Counted from the first letter of the whole stretch, positions 37,901 through 50,316 are shown. The stretch: DNA of 63,507 nucleotides, filler included, from Polymyxa betae A26-41 (GCA_003693705.1; 7 parts of 7 records of this genome joined end to end with filler, not necessarily neighbours in it); one strand, 5' to 3'. The notes: generated by a model from the sequence alone, not told the origin. Translations and numbers: made by a program.

Positions 37901-40711
37901 CGAGGTTGATATTGGATGATTTGGCCACGCCCAGACATCGGACACCACGATCAGCGAAATCGTAGATGTTCTGGACGACGGCGTCCTGAAGACGGGTCAG
38001 ACCCGGAATCCGACGACCTCCGTGACGGGATCGTCACACGCACCTCGACTTGCGCCTTGTTCATGCATAAGTCCAGCACCGTATGAGGAGCGCCCTTGGC
38101 CACGCGGAATATTTCGCCTGAGCCGGATCGCCTCAATGAGAAAACCCAAAAGATGAAAACCGATGATTTAGAGCCAAAGTAAAAAAAGTTGCAAAAGTTT
38201 TGCGAATTTTCACATGAAAAGTGGCGTTGAGTGTGCAGAACAGCAAGTCGCTTGAAATGTAACATAGGCAGTACGGATCTGGTAACGAACGTTACCTGTG
38301 GTGAGATTGCGGACCGTCGACTCTGTCCGTTTCAAGCTGGCATCGAATGCCGTATGCTCCAAGGTCTCATATGTATAGCATCGATGCAGATCCACCTCCG
38401 ACAAGATCTGAAACATAACAGGTCAGAGATCATCGGGCAACCTCTGCCATGTTACGTTACCATTTTATCGAGCGCGTCTTTGGGCGGATGTTGGAATTCG
38501 GACGCCAGCGCGGCATAGAGCAGGACCAGATCGCGATTCAGTCCGGACTTGTAGATCGGACATTCGTCCTGTACGACCATTCGATTCTGTGTTAATGTCC
38601 CTGTCTTATCGCTACATAAGATCGAGATCCCAGATAAGCGCTCTATGGCGGACAGATCCGATACGATCGCCTATCAAACACATTCAGAAACATGCGCTGC
38701 CAACAATGGCAAAATCGACAACGAAACCCTAAACCCTAGTTTAGACAGCAACCTTGACTAAGGCGGCTCCTGTCCAAATTTCCACCCTGAAACGTTAGGA
38801 ATAACAGTTCGAGAATCTGTTCGAAATTCTAAAACCCTAAACCCTAACATAGAACCCACTTGATGTGATGATAACTGGCGACTACCAAGCGCCAAGGTGG
38901 CCGTGACGACCACTTCCATGGCCAGAGGGATCGAGGCGACGGTCAGTACGACCACATAGCTGCGCCGCGTGATTCAGGAATTCCGGAGTCCGATACGGGC
39001 CCGTGGGTCCAACCTACCCGATCGATTGCGACAGTGGCTCTCCCTCCAGCAATAGAAACGCCAACGTGGTTGCGCACAGAATCAGAGATAGCACGAGCAG
39101 GACGACAACGACCCGGATCAGGATGCGGCGTAACTCGCCCAGCTGCTCCGTGGCCATCTGGACAGCCTCACTTCAGAGCAACGAAACATTCCGGCAATAA
39201 AAAAAGTAAAAAAACACAATAAAATAAATAATAAAAGAATTAAAAAAATAAATAAATAAATAAAAACTTCGTAAAAAACAGCGCGATGTTTTTCCGTAGA
39301 AAAAAAGTTGTGCAAGTCCAAACTGGACAGGTCACGTGGTGTCCCGAAAAGGTAACGAAAGCCCGCACCGACCTGTAACATGGCCGTGGTCTTGCCGAAG
39401 AACGTCTTCATGCCCGTAGCGACGACCATAGCGCGGGCGTTACCACTGGACACTGTCGATCCCATCGATATCTGCGCACCGTACTGACAGTGGACTGGTA
39501 ACGATTCCCCTGTTGGACATTCGCCGTCATTGACGTTACCAGGGCAAGCGGCCGAGACCCGTCACCTGTGATCATGGATTGATTGACCATGATGTTACCA
39601 CTGGCCACGATACAGTCGGCGGGGATTGCGTTACCCTCACGTAACAGGACACAGTCTCCTGGGACCAGCTCCGCGGCATCCACCTCGGTCGTTCTAGCGT
39701 CACGGACCACATTCGCTACTGAACAACATTCCGAGATCAGAAATGTTATATCACTGTTGGCGAAACCCTAAACCCTGAAACCAGTTGCCTAGAAGCAAAA
39801 CACACTGCCGCATGATCGCATCGTTCGTCTGTAACATAATGTAACGTAACACGTACTAATTCTCAGGTCATTTTTCAGCGCTGCGATCGCATCGCCAGCT
39901 CGGCTTTCCTCAACATAGGCGATGGTGCCATTGATCATTTGCAATCCGAAGAGGATCGCGGCGTCGAGCCACGACCGCAGGGCGAACTCGATGATGATGG
40001 CGATCCAGATCCCGATCGGCATCGGATGCGAGAATTGGGCCACGAACAGGGCCAGCTTGGAGCGGCGTTTCTCCACGATTTCGTTACGTCCGTGCTGGAG
40101 CAGCAGTCGCTCCGCCTGCTTCTTTGACAGGCCGCGATCCGAGATCGGCTATATTATGTTACCAAAACATCAATCACAAACAAGGGCAAGCGGTAACATC
40201 AACTGTAACATAAGCGTAACATAAGGTGAAACGTGGGAAGAACAATTGTATCACAGGCCATTCAGTCACCAAAACATCAATCAACAAACAACTGCAAGCG
40301 GTAACATAAACTATAACATAAGCGTAACATCAGATGTAACGTGGGCGGAAGAATTGTATCACACGCCACTCAGTCATCAAAAACATTAATCAACAAACAA
40401 CTGCACACGGTAACATCAACTGTAACATAAGCGTAACATAACGTGTAACGTGGGCGGAGTGATTGTATCATGAAGGCTATTGGAAACGTGGCGATGATTG
40501 CGATTACCAGTGGGATCTTATCATGGGACGGGAGACGGTTCTTATCGGGCCGCGCCGAGTGAAACGTTTTCTGCAGATCCTCGAGCGGGAACGAGGCCGA
40601 GGACATCCGGGGCACGCCGAGCTCGGCCTCCAGATCGTAGGCGCTGCTGGCACGCCGCTCCAGGATCCGCAGCGACTCGCGCCTGCTCATGTCCTGGTGG
40701 GACTTCTCCAT
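34920..40711 (-). CDS. P-type IIIA plasma-membrane H+-ATPase, many exons (terminal exons approximate)
   Basis: GL...[47 protein letters not shown] (about 38590-38620), [53 protein letters not shown]. Confidence 0.93.
35880..36215. repeat. intronic degenerate AAAACCGCAGAA repeat array
   Basis: Recurrent tttcaaatgaaaaaccgcagaa-like units inside an ATPase intron. Confidence 0.7.
37440..37855. repeat. intronic minisatellite (about 80-bp degenerate units)
   Basis: Recurrent aatgtgcgcgactgtg..atgcaa..tgtagaaaa and aacatgcgca units. Confidence 0.8.
40160..40470. repeat. intronic tandem repeat, about 108 bp x3
   Basis: aaaacat(c/t)aatca..caaacaa..gcggtaacatcaactgtaacataagcgtaacat..aacgtggg..attgtatca repeated three times. 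Confidence 0.9.
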
Positions 40712-41696
40712 GGCTGCTGATAACGCCACACAGCAACAACAAACCAGCCCGACGACGATGGGTAATACTGGCTCAGTTGAATCTGGATCGGACGAATATC
40801 GGAGCCTCGCATTACGCTGTACGCAGAATACAGAAATTCGCCGAAGTATCGTTAGATAGTCACAGTTCTGACAGAATCTCAGTGCTGACCTGCGTTACCC
40901 CTTCGGCATTACGGTGTCCGAAGTTTTTCCAGCGATGGCGGTAAATGCTGTTTTCATTGTCAGCTGCGATCGAGGAGAGAGGTTTTGAGATGGGGTTTAG
41001 GGTTTAGGGTTTCAGCTGTTCTGTCTCTATCATCGATGACTCACCCATAACGAGCTCTCTCTGTTATCGATGATACAGAGATCATCAGCTGTGAGTAAGT
41101 AACGAAGGAGCTGATATTGCTCTTCTTTCAGAAACAAGCGTAGATTATCATATTCCAGTCGAGGGTTTCAATCTCTTCAATTTTCGATGTGGTGTTTGAA
41201 ATCCGATAATGTAATGCTGCTGCTTCCTGCTTCAGTTAGTTTCGATCGACCTGACTTTAATGCACTATTCTGTATCGTGCATTAAAGTCAATTGAAAACT
41301 CCAATCAAACACTTGGTTATCTGCTGTGCAAATATTCGATTAAAGTCAACACAGATTGGAGACATAACACGTAAAATTGAATTCTATAGAAGCAAACCTC
41401 CCTGTCTAGTCCCAATGTGACTGCTGTGAGCCATTCTCTTTCAAGCTTGGAAAGAATCGGCGATCTCGCGCCAGTCGCGCAGTCGGTGTAAACTCTTCAT
41501 ATTTGTCGCGATTTTAAAACGTGCGTATTCTGAGTACTCTGCAAATGTGTTTCCATAATTGCCGTCAGACAGTTATAATACCTGAGTAGATTTCCCGTAA
41601 AAATATTTAAATTATGCCTAATATCTATAGCAAGGAATATGAACGGCCTATTTCCCCTAATCTGTATAGCATAATGAATGTCACGGATCTGCTGTA

Positions 41697-42100
41697 TTAA
41701 CGACGCCCCATTCGGTGAAGAAATTGATGCAGGGTATTGGACTGCCAGAGATTCTCGTCGTCGGAGTCGGACAGCTCCCAGATGTCTCCATCACTGTGAT
41801 GATTTCCCGCCTCGGACATCTGCCAGTCTTCGTTCAGGACTAAGAAGGCCGGCGCCGGGTTGCTGTCATCCTGCAGAAAGCGCTGTCGTGCGATCATGTT
41901 GTCGACGAGCGAATCCGATTCCGCATCGCTGTCGTCATCGTCTTCGTCCATGAACGACGATTCGGCCGATTCATAGTTGATGGCGGGAGCGAATCGGATC
42001 GGCTCGGAGATTTCATGACGCCTTTCCCAGCGATCCATCTGAGCGGAAAATCGTTCGATAAACGCCGCCCCGTGCGTCTTTGTCACGCGACAGCTGTTTC
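41697..42100 (-). other. acidic ORF fragment directly abutting the Gypsy 3' LTR
   Basis: Open D/E-rich frame without its own upstream ATG; may be a gene interrupted by the Gypsy insertion. Confidence 0.35.
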
Positions 42101-45100
42101 TGTAGCAGGCTCACACTAGCTAGATATGTAAAAGCAGAAGTCATTTTATTTAGTAGGGTACTGTTGATCGACCCAAGAAAAAATAAAGATAGTCACAGCA
42201 AAAAAATTAAGAAAGAGATTTCATAAAACCTCTACATTCCCCCATCCGCCTGAAGAGAGGCAAATGCCTTGCTGCTAACAGCATCTTTACGTTCAGAGAA
42301 GAACGCAAGAACAACTTGAGGTGCGTCCGCGTAGATAGCAGATAGCGGTTCCCACGTAGACTCTTCCTTGGCGAATCCTCGCCATTCGACATGAATCTCG
42401 AAACGAGATTCAAACTCATTCCAACGAACATCGACAATACGATCGATTTCAGATGCTCCTTTCTGATGAAGTATCGCTTCAAAGAGAACAGAACTGACAT
42501 TCAAAGAACTGTCAGAATACAACTTAAGACGTGTAACATGGACTTCCAGCCGAGTCCCATCGATCAAATCCTCAACCATGTAGATTCAATCAAAGATAAA
42601 CCCCACAACGCGGTAAGGTCCTCTCCACCAAACACTCAACTTGTCGTGCGACCGGGTTGGTTCGCGTGCAACCAGAACGAAATCACCGATATTGAAATTC
42701 GGTAAGACACCTTGCTTACGGCGAGAGTCCTTCTCACGACGCTCGTCTTTGACCTTCGCGACTTTCTCCTGCATAGAAGATAGCTCACTATCAAGTCGCT
42801 TCATCATCGACTCCAAAGCATCTGCAGAAATAGAAGACTTCGCCAACGTAGACACGACTTTGGCTCCTGAATTGTAGACACAATCCAGAGGTCTACTTGG
42901 CGGCAAACCCGTAAAGATAGTAACAGGTGCATAGCCATGAATACCCTGAATCGCATGGTTCAAAGCCCAATTAGCCATCGGCAAGACGTGGGGCCAATCC
43001 GAAAAGCTCAACAGGAATTCAGATGTTAACGCTCGCAGCACAAAGAGAACTTCTCGATTCTGGCGTTCAATCGTGCCATTTGGCCAATGCAAATTTGGCA
43101 GACAGAAATGATGCTTGATCTCAAGGATTCGTTCCAAATCCTCCATCACCTTATTCTTGAAACGTGATCTGCGATCAGATACATGAATAGGCACAACTCC
43201 AAAGCGCATAAACCATTGAAGCAGCGCCTTCACAACCACAGAATGTTCTGCTTCGACAGCAGGAACAAGCTCCTCAAACCCGGAGAAATCATCCATCAAA
43301 ACTAAGATTACTTGAAAGAATTTGTAGCTGATTTCGGTGGCTTCGAAATGAACAGAAAATCATAATGAATGACCTGGTTAGGTTTCGCAGCATGAATGGC
43401 ATGTCCATGCGGTCTCGCGATAACCCACAGTTCAAACATTGTCGGACGAACAGCTCGACGTCCCGCGACATTGTTGGCCACCAGAAACGCTTTCCGATCT
43501 CCATCAACGTGTCATAGACACCACGATGTCCAGCGCTAGCACAGTGGGCTATAATACTTAAACGAACCCTCAGATGCTCAGTCGGCACCCTCGCGCGCCC
43601 TTCTTCATCCGTATAGAGACCAGAATCTTCATCAACCGACAGACGAGATTTGGTCGCCTCTTCCAGACTATCTATCGAATAGATTCCAGCGTTGGCCAGA
43701 CCGCATCCTTCCAGTCCTTCCAGACTAGACCTGGCCGAAACGTCATTCCAGGCTTCTCTCCGGCCTGAAAAGAATTCACAGAGACAACAGGCGACTTCCA
43801 ACGGCTCAGAATATCAGCCCAAATGTTAATCTCTCCAGAAATATGGTAAATCATGTACCGGAAAGGACTTAATCTCCAGGTCCACCTCTCCAGCCGATCG
43901 CTGGTGTGCTTCGCTTCATTCACAGCTCGGCGTTCCGGGTCGAATATATAGACCAAATTCCTATGGTCAGTGAAAATCGTGAACCCTTTGTCCCTTAATA
44001 AGAAATGCTTCAGGCGAATCGTAGCCTCCATAATGGGAAAGGCTTCTTTCTCAATGATGGCCCATCTCTGCTGAGCGCCTCGAAACGTACCACTAAGAAA
44101 GGCCAAAGGCTCGTGCCCCTGGTCGGCGATATCCCTCTTCTTCAACATCTCCGGATCTGTTTGTGTCAGCATGATACCCCAGTGATCTTTGCTGGCGTCA
44201 ACAAACAAACAAAACATCGTGTCATCTTTAGGATGCGCCAAGGTCACAGCCTTCGCGATCACATCCTTACAATCCTCGAAACAACAAGCATGCTTCTCGG
44301 AAAATCCAGCTGTAGTTAAGGGTATGGTCGATAGAGCTTTTCGTGTGCTCGAATTCGCTAACTGCATACAATGCTTTAGTAGATCCTGCAGCGGCGCGAC
44401 GATTGTCGAGAACTTCGGGATCGACATTCGCATCCAGCTCAATCCACAGACGAACTTCTGCAGATCCGCTGCGGTCAAACCATCGATGATGGCCTTGTCA
44501 TAAGCCACTCCACGTTCCGATATCGTACGGTCACACCACTTTGCCTCGGTCGTGTACAACACGCACCGCGTCGCATTCAGCTTAATCCCAAATAAGCGTA
44601 AGCGTTCGAAGACCTTTCGTAGGGCCTGCACTAAATCTTCGTCAGATTTCGCTTTAACCAGCAGGTCGTCAATCCATATCAGAACCGAACTATAGAGTAA
44701 CTCATCCCCAATAGCTTCCTGCATTCCGGCCTGAAAATGTCCCACTGCGTCAGTACTTCCTTGAATAACACGACCCGATGTGAAAACACCATCATGCGTC
44801 ATAAACGAGAGGTACTCCTGGCAATCAGGGTCCACTGGGAACTGCCAGTAACCTTTGAAAGCATCCAGAACCGCCAACCTGGCGGCTCCAGATAGATGAG
44901 CCATAACCACCTCGAATATAGGCATCAGCCACGAAGACGGGATCGTGATCGCGTTCACAGCACGCAAATCCACGGTCATGCGGTAGCCTCGTTTGCCAGG
45001 CTTCGCGACAACCAGCGCGGGAGAGGAACAGCATGCATTCGGGTTCCGTCGCACGAACCCGTTCCGTTCCAGCTCCGACACAATTTCAGAAAGAAACGCC

Positions 45101-45761
45101 CTGTGGTGGGGCGGATAACGTCTCGCTCGCGCCCTCGGCAGCTCAGCATCCTGTTTGATGCGAATCTTCATTGGCGTAATCCGAGCTGGCGGGTCTTTCC
45201 CCAGCTTCGTCCGGAAAATAACCTTAAACTCTGAAACTAACTCTCTCAGTTTCGAAATCATCAATTCTGTAGCGTTTTCCCTTTCCGCTAACAGCAACAT
45301 GTTCTGCAGGGCCGATTCCAATTCCTCATCGTCCTGCCGTCCAATAATCTGTATTAGATCATCATTCTGCTCAACGTTCAGATCCTCAATTTCGTCCCCT
45401 ATATTATCTTGTTCTCACAACAGCTTCTCCAGACTCGAATTCGGATCAATTCCTAACACGTCGAGCTCTGGTAATCCTATCAGAATGTAATCCATAGAGC
45501 TGTCGATAATCCAGCACACTGCCTTGGGGATTCGAACTTGGCCAGCGACAGACCTGATCTCAATATGTAACGTTACAGTTGACCTCACAATGCCTCCAGC
45601 CATGGGATTCATAGGCGTTCCGATCGCCGACTTGATCCTGACAGGTTCTTCAAGCAGCGTCTCCTTCCATCCCAAAGCTTTCAGAGAATTCATCAAAGAT
45701 CGCGGAACGATTGTTCGATCAGCTCCACTATCAAACACTGCTGATGTCGTAATATCTCCGA
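42101..45761 (-). mobile_element. Ty3/Gypsy chromodomain retrotransposon (PR-RT-RH-IN-CHD, 3' LTR 42101-42236), degenerate
   Basis: FDSGAD protease; RMTVDLRAVN, LDAFKGYWQ, WIDD; FVDAS, EKEAF, FTDHRNL; H..GH..CLNC; NGTIER; chromodomain VEWRGF.KEESTWEP; PPT GGATGGGGGAA then 136-bp TGTAG...CTACA LTR; in-frame stops at 45415 and 42586 plus frameshifts. Confidence 0.95.
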
Positions 45762-46006
45762 TGTCATGCCCATTGAGCATGACAGTACTCGCAGCCGCCC
45801 AGCCGACCACCAGGCAGTCGTACTGGCCCTTCCTGAGGGGCTGCGCAGAGGGCTGCGCCCCTGCTGACGATTCCTATAGGGGAAGAGCCCTAACTGTCAC
45901 GGACTGCGCGGGTCCCCTCGTCTCCCTACTATGAATGGCGAGGAGCGGCCTCCACGCAACCATTCCGATCAACTCCTACGTTTCTCATCTCGTCTCCGAC
46001 TCTCTA
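45762..46006 (+). mobile_element. LTR-like repeat nested just upstream of the Gypsy protease
   Basis: Near-identical to 25374-25612; starts TGTCATGC exactly where Gypsy similarity stops. Confidence 0.8.
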
Positions 46007-46107
46007 NNNNNNNNNNNNNNNNNNNNNNNNNNNNNNNNNNNNNNNNNNNNTTAATTAATTAANNNNNNNNNNNNNNNNNNNNNNNNNNNNNNNNNNNNNN
46101 NNNNNNC

Positions 46108-46920
46108 ATGAGAATCTCATTAATCGGTCGGATTAATATTTTATCTGGTCGGGCCGTCTCGTCGCCTGCTGTTCCCGACGCTACTGACTGTAGGGCGCCG
46201 TCGTTTATGCCCCGCTCACCATGCCGATATTGGGGTCTGAACAAAGGCCCGCAATCAGACCGGATCGAGGACCTTGAACCTGCTCGAAAATCTTGGAAAA
46301 CCATCCGTATTATCAATAACTTGCGAATTCTTGATTTATTAATGACATACAGGACGCAGAAGAATATCCATTTCTGGTGCTCCCGCCAATGGCGATGGAA
46401 ATTTGACGACCTTCCCGGAGCTGTTTGCGATTTTTAAAGTGATCAAAATCATCCATCGCCCTTGGGTGATATAATACTCCCATCGACTATCGTCAACTGG
46501 GAGGCATCGATGGCGCTCTCAGTGAAGGTAAGGTGTGTCAGATACATCAAGAGAATGTACGTTATAGTTAATTGCGATACAGCTGATGATACGATTTCAT
46601 CCTAATTCACGCTTAATGTTGGCGTTTTTTTGTGGTGTGTATGGAGAGGAAGCCGTCAAGCAATTCGCTTCGTTGCCAGCAAATGTGACCTGTTACAAGC
46701 CGGCCATACCAAAGAAGCACTTCCTTAATTTCCGAGTCACCATAGATGGAATGGATCGATGAGAATCTGGACCCTCACAATGTTCTGTTGATAGAAGCGG
46801 AATCCTGAGAGTCCTGACAAGGCCAGGCAACATATAACTGATCCGCTTCAGGACCCTGGCGTTGATACAGTTAAAATGAACTTGAACCCTATTTTAAATC
46901 CGTTGAAATTTATGTCTATT
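46108..46920 (+). pseudogene. degenerate paralog of the adjacent GTPase
   Basis: KGPQSDRIEDLEPA vs QGPQLNWMADLEPA; VYGEEAVKQ/IRFVASKCDLLQAGHTK vs VYGEETVRQIRFIISKCDLLQEGRTR; frameshifts and stops. Confidence 0.8.
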
Positions 46921-47364
46921 CCATCTCGATTATGATCATTGCTGCTGTACTATCTGCGTTAAGCTCTGTTTTTGTGTTAGGCTGTAATACCATCATGCTC
47001 ATATCGTAGGCAATCGGTTTTTTGCGGGGTAATATGGGAATTATTCGATGAGAGTTATGTAGCCTCGAGATCTCTTCCGCCTTGTTTGAACGTTCAATGG
47101 TACCACTATATTTGCTAGTTCCAGAATTGCGATGCAAAGTCAACGATTTGACCAACAAAGTTTTTTAGTTGAGAAAAGTTCAAACGCGTTAATCAGGAGG
47201 CGGATCTTTCTATAGCGTTAAGGGTTAGGGTTTGAAATTTTCTAATGCTATGTCGTGCCCATCTGTGAAGTCTTGATACTGGATGGGACCAAGTGTTAAA
47301 TGAAAGCCAATCAAGCTGTTGTATTTGATTCTGATATAAAAAGGTGAAGCAGAGATCGTGATTT

Positions 47365-48546
47365 TCATGCAGCCATATCCAGCAAAGTTTTGATGTCTTG
47401 GTTGTGTTCTTTGATCTTCTCCTCGGCCTCTAGAAGTGATAACATAACGGATCTCAGATCTTTATTACTGCCGACAGTAGTAGCTGACACTCCGACAGCG
47501 GTCAAGGCTGAAGCCGTCGCAACCGATCTCATCTTTGTGACCACATCTATCCCTAGTTTTCCTACCCGGAAAGTGCTTGCAGCAAATCCTGCCGCCAACC
47601 CGACAACTTCCAATGAGATAGAGGCCGCCAACTGTGTCGGGAGCATGCTTAACAGCTTGTCCTTGATAGCTGTATACTCAGCAATAAACTGACGACGCTC
47701 TTGAATAAAGTGCCTCAACGCATCCACGTTTTTACAGATCGACCCTCCATTGAGATGTAAATCGGGGCCATCGGCAGCTGCAACCAGATCATCAGTGAGA
47801 TGTCGCATCGTTCGACAGCGATTCCGTTTCTCAGCTGATATAAACAGAACACGATCCAGCCGGAGATTCGCGTCAAATACCTCTCGATACAGGTCGTACA
47901 GCCTGAATCGGAACGCAACGAAATCATCTCGTGTGCGGCCTTCTTGTAGTAGATCACATTTGCTGATAATGAAGCGGATCTGTCTGACAGTTTCCTCTCC
48001 ATACACAAACGCCAGAGCGTGCAGGTTCGCTGCAATGCTGTCTGGGATAGCAGCAGGTGATTTATCGCAATCAATCATGAAGTAGATTCGCTTGACGGGC
48101 GCATTGCATTGAATGGAGAGTTGGAACGCGCTGTCAATGCCTCTCAATATCAACTCCTTTTCCTCATCAGAGCTTGTCCCAAACCCGGGTGTGTCGATCA
48201 CCCAGAGACGATGCCCGTTATCATTCTCGAGGTTTCCATAGGCTTTGGATGTTCTAGTGAGACCATCACAACCGCTTGCAGGAATACCAGATACTTTTCC
48301 TCGAGAGACGCCGTTCAGAGCTTCAATGAGGCGGGATTTGCCAGCCCCCATGACCCCATGTATAACGATACTAAAGCTTCCATGATCTAATGCAGGCTCT
48401 AGGTCGGCCATCCAGTTGAGCTGAGGGCCCTGGTCGTGCAGTAAATCGATATCATGCTGATGGGCTTCGAATGTTATGCTGCCCGAGGCCAACCCTAACG
48501 AAAATAAAGCGGCAAGGAACAGGATCACGAGACGAGGGATTCCCAT
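47365..48546 (-). CDS. signal-peptide-bearing TRAFAC-class GTPase (AIG1/Era-like G domain)
   Basis: Hydrophobic N-terminus MGIPRLVILFLAALFSLGLA; G1 GVMGAGKS, G3 DTPG, G4 SKCD, G5 ISA; C-terminal small-residue hydrophobic helices; intronless 393 aa. Confidence 0.88.
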   Translation of the reverse strand: MGIPRLVILFLAALFSLGLASGSITFEAHQHDIDLLHDQGPQLNWMADLEPALDHGSFSIVIHGVMGAGKSRLIEALNGVSRGKVSGIPASGCDGLTRTSKAYGNLENDNGHRLWVIDTPGFGTSSDEEKELILRGIDSAFQLSIQCNAPVKRIYFMIDCDKSPAAIPDSIAANLHALAFVYGEETVRQIRFIISKCDLLQEGRTRDDFVAFRFRLYDLYREVFDANLRLDRVLFISAEKRNRCRTMRHLTDDLVAAADGPDLHLNGGSICKNVDALRHFIQERRQFIAEYTAIKDKLLSMLPTQLAASISLEVVGLAAGFAASTFRVGKLGIDVVTKMRSVATASALTAVGVSATTVGSNKDLRSVMLSLLEAEEKIKEHNQDIKTLLDMAA

Positions 48547-49462
48547 GATTTGAACAATTTAAAATTTGCAGGCGCGAAGCAGACACAGAAGGGGGTCACG
48601 CCGTTCGGCATGAAACGAACTGACACAATTTCAAAGACCCTGGTCATAGATTCCACTCGTACGACGCTATTTCTAGAAAAGATGAGTCTGTGTCTATTAT
48701 GGACCTGGCTCTATGATTCTGAAGTGCATTCAGTTCATGACAGATTCAGGAAACTTACTCGAATAGCAATAGCCACGATTCTGACAAAGGCAGTTCTGAT
48801 TCTTGTATTCAGCCGATAAGAATGATATACAGTACTACGAAATTCATCAGTTAAGAAGGTACATCATCGAAAGCCAGCAGGAGCCGTGATTATATTCGGT
48901 CTAGAGCATCGGTCCAGAGCGTAATCCGAGCCATTTGATGATGCAGGCAGGTTATATTCAGAGAGCACGAGACCAATTATCTGAAAGTCCTTTAAATGTT
49001 TACTGGGTCTGAAATCTATGGACAGCGCTTATTGCGACGTTTTGCTAATAAGAAATCTATAAAAAAGCCCTAAGCAAATATCAGAACTGGAGCTTCGCAC
49101 GCGTCAGGTTGCCATTTGAAATTCAGCATCTTAAAGGTAGATCGATATACTTCTTGGAAGAAAACTGAAGGATTTTGCTGCATGAAAGCGATTAATTCTG
49201 TCAAGGAGGTGCTAGCTTAAGGCCAGAAGATCTGCCCTAAAAAAATTACAGAATTCGCAGCGGGAGGGAAGAAGAAACCCCCAATGCTTAATCCCGGCCC
49301 CAATTTTTTTCTGACAAGACAATTTCGTAAGAACGTTATTATAACGCTAAGAAACATCAACGNNNNNNNNNNNNNNNNNNNNNNNNNNNNNNNNNNNNNN
49401 NNNNNNTTAATTAATTAANNNNNNNNNNNNNNNNNNNNNNNNNNNNNNNNNNNNNNNNNNNN

Positions 49463-49932
49463 CCCCAGACACTTAATTAAAACGCGGATAACTTGATCAA
49501 TGTACCGAACTGCTGACGCTTTGCTCATCCCAAAACTCCAGCTGAGTCAACCACAGATCCTGAATGCGTTAAGTAATGCAGACAAACTGCGACACGATCA
49601 CGATGGAAGAACCGAGCGTTATGACCGATCACAGAATTGACTGTGTCCCAAGCGATTGTGATGTACCCGACAATTTTATCAAAAGACGACTTGTTACAAC
49701 GGAACTGATTCCGAAACCATCGTTCGTCGAACCATACGTTTGCATCGGCTATGGGAATTTGTGAGTCGCGAATCGACCATCCAACCGATGCAGGACGTCT
49801 GGACGAGCGGCCATCCCAAGAAATATCAGACACCGCCAGGACAGCCGTAGTGAGACAGCTGGTCAATGTAATTTGGACAGCAGCGCCCAAAGCGCCGATC
49901 AAAGCCGCCAATTCGTGGTCAGATAGGTTCAT
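49463..49932 (-). mobile_element. PIF/Harbinger transposase N-terminus (truncated by contig end)
   Basis: WFRNQFRCNKSSFD..RDRVAVCLHYLTHSGSV matches the transposase at 7950-9050. Confidence 0.85.
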
Positions 49933-50316
49933 GATTGGCGAAGAAATGCCGCTATTTATGAGAAATGGACCCTCTGAGGGTCCATTAAATAATAGCGCAA
50001 AAATAACGCCACGGAATTTCGGGGGTCGAAATCTGATTGGCTCGATTGAAAAATAGCGGTACCGCGTTTTTTACTTGAACCAGTCTCTAACTCAAATCCT
50101 TCGCAAATCTCTTGAGTGGCCTCTCGAATATTCGACGTAAATTTGTTGAGACCGGAAAACGGTCTCAACAAATTGACGAAAGCCGACGCAATTTAGAGGC
50201 CGCGCGCAAAGTCCGCAACTTCATGGTCGCATCATTTCTAGGGTTTTCTTTGCTAGTTTGCCATCAGCTGGAATTGTCTATCGTTCCATTATTATCATCA
50301 ACAATGTCCCAATCGA

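Noticed and set aside
45762-45810. N-terminus MVGWAAASTVMLNGHD of the Gypsy protease ORF
   Set aside because: Derived from the nested repeat also present at 25374.
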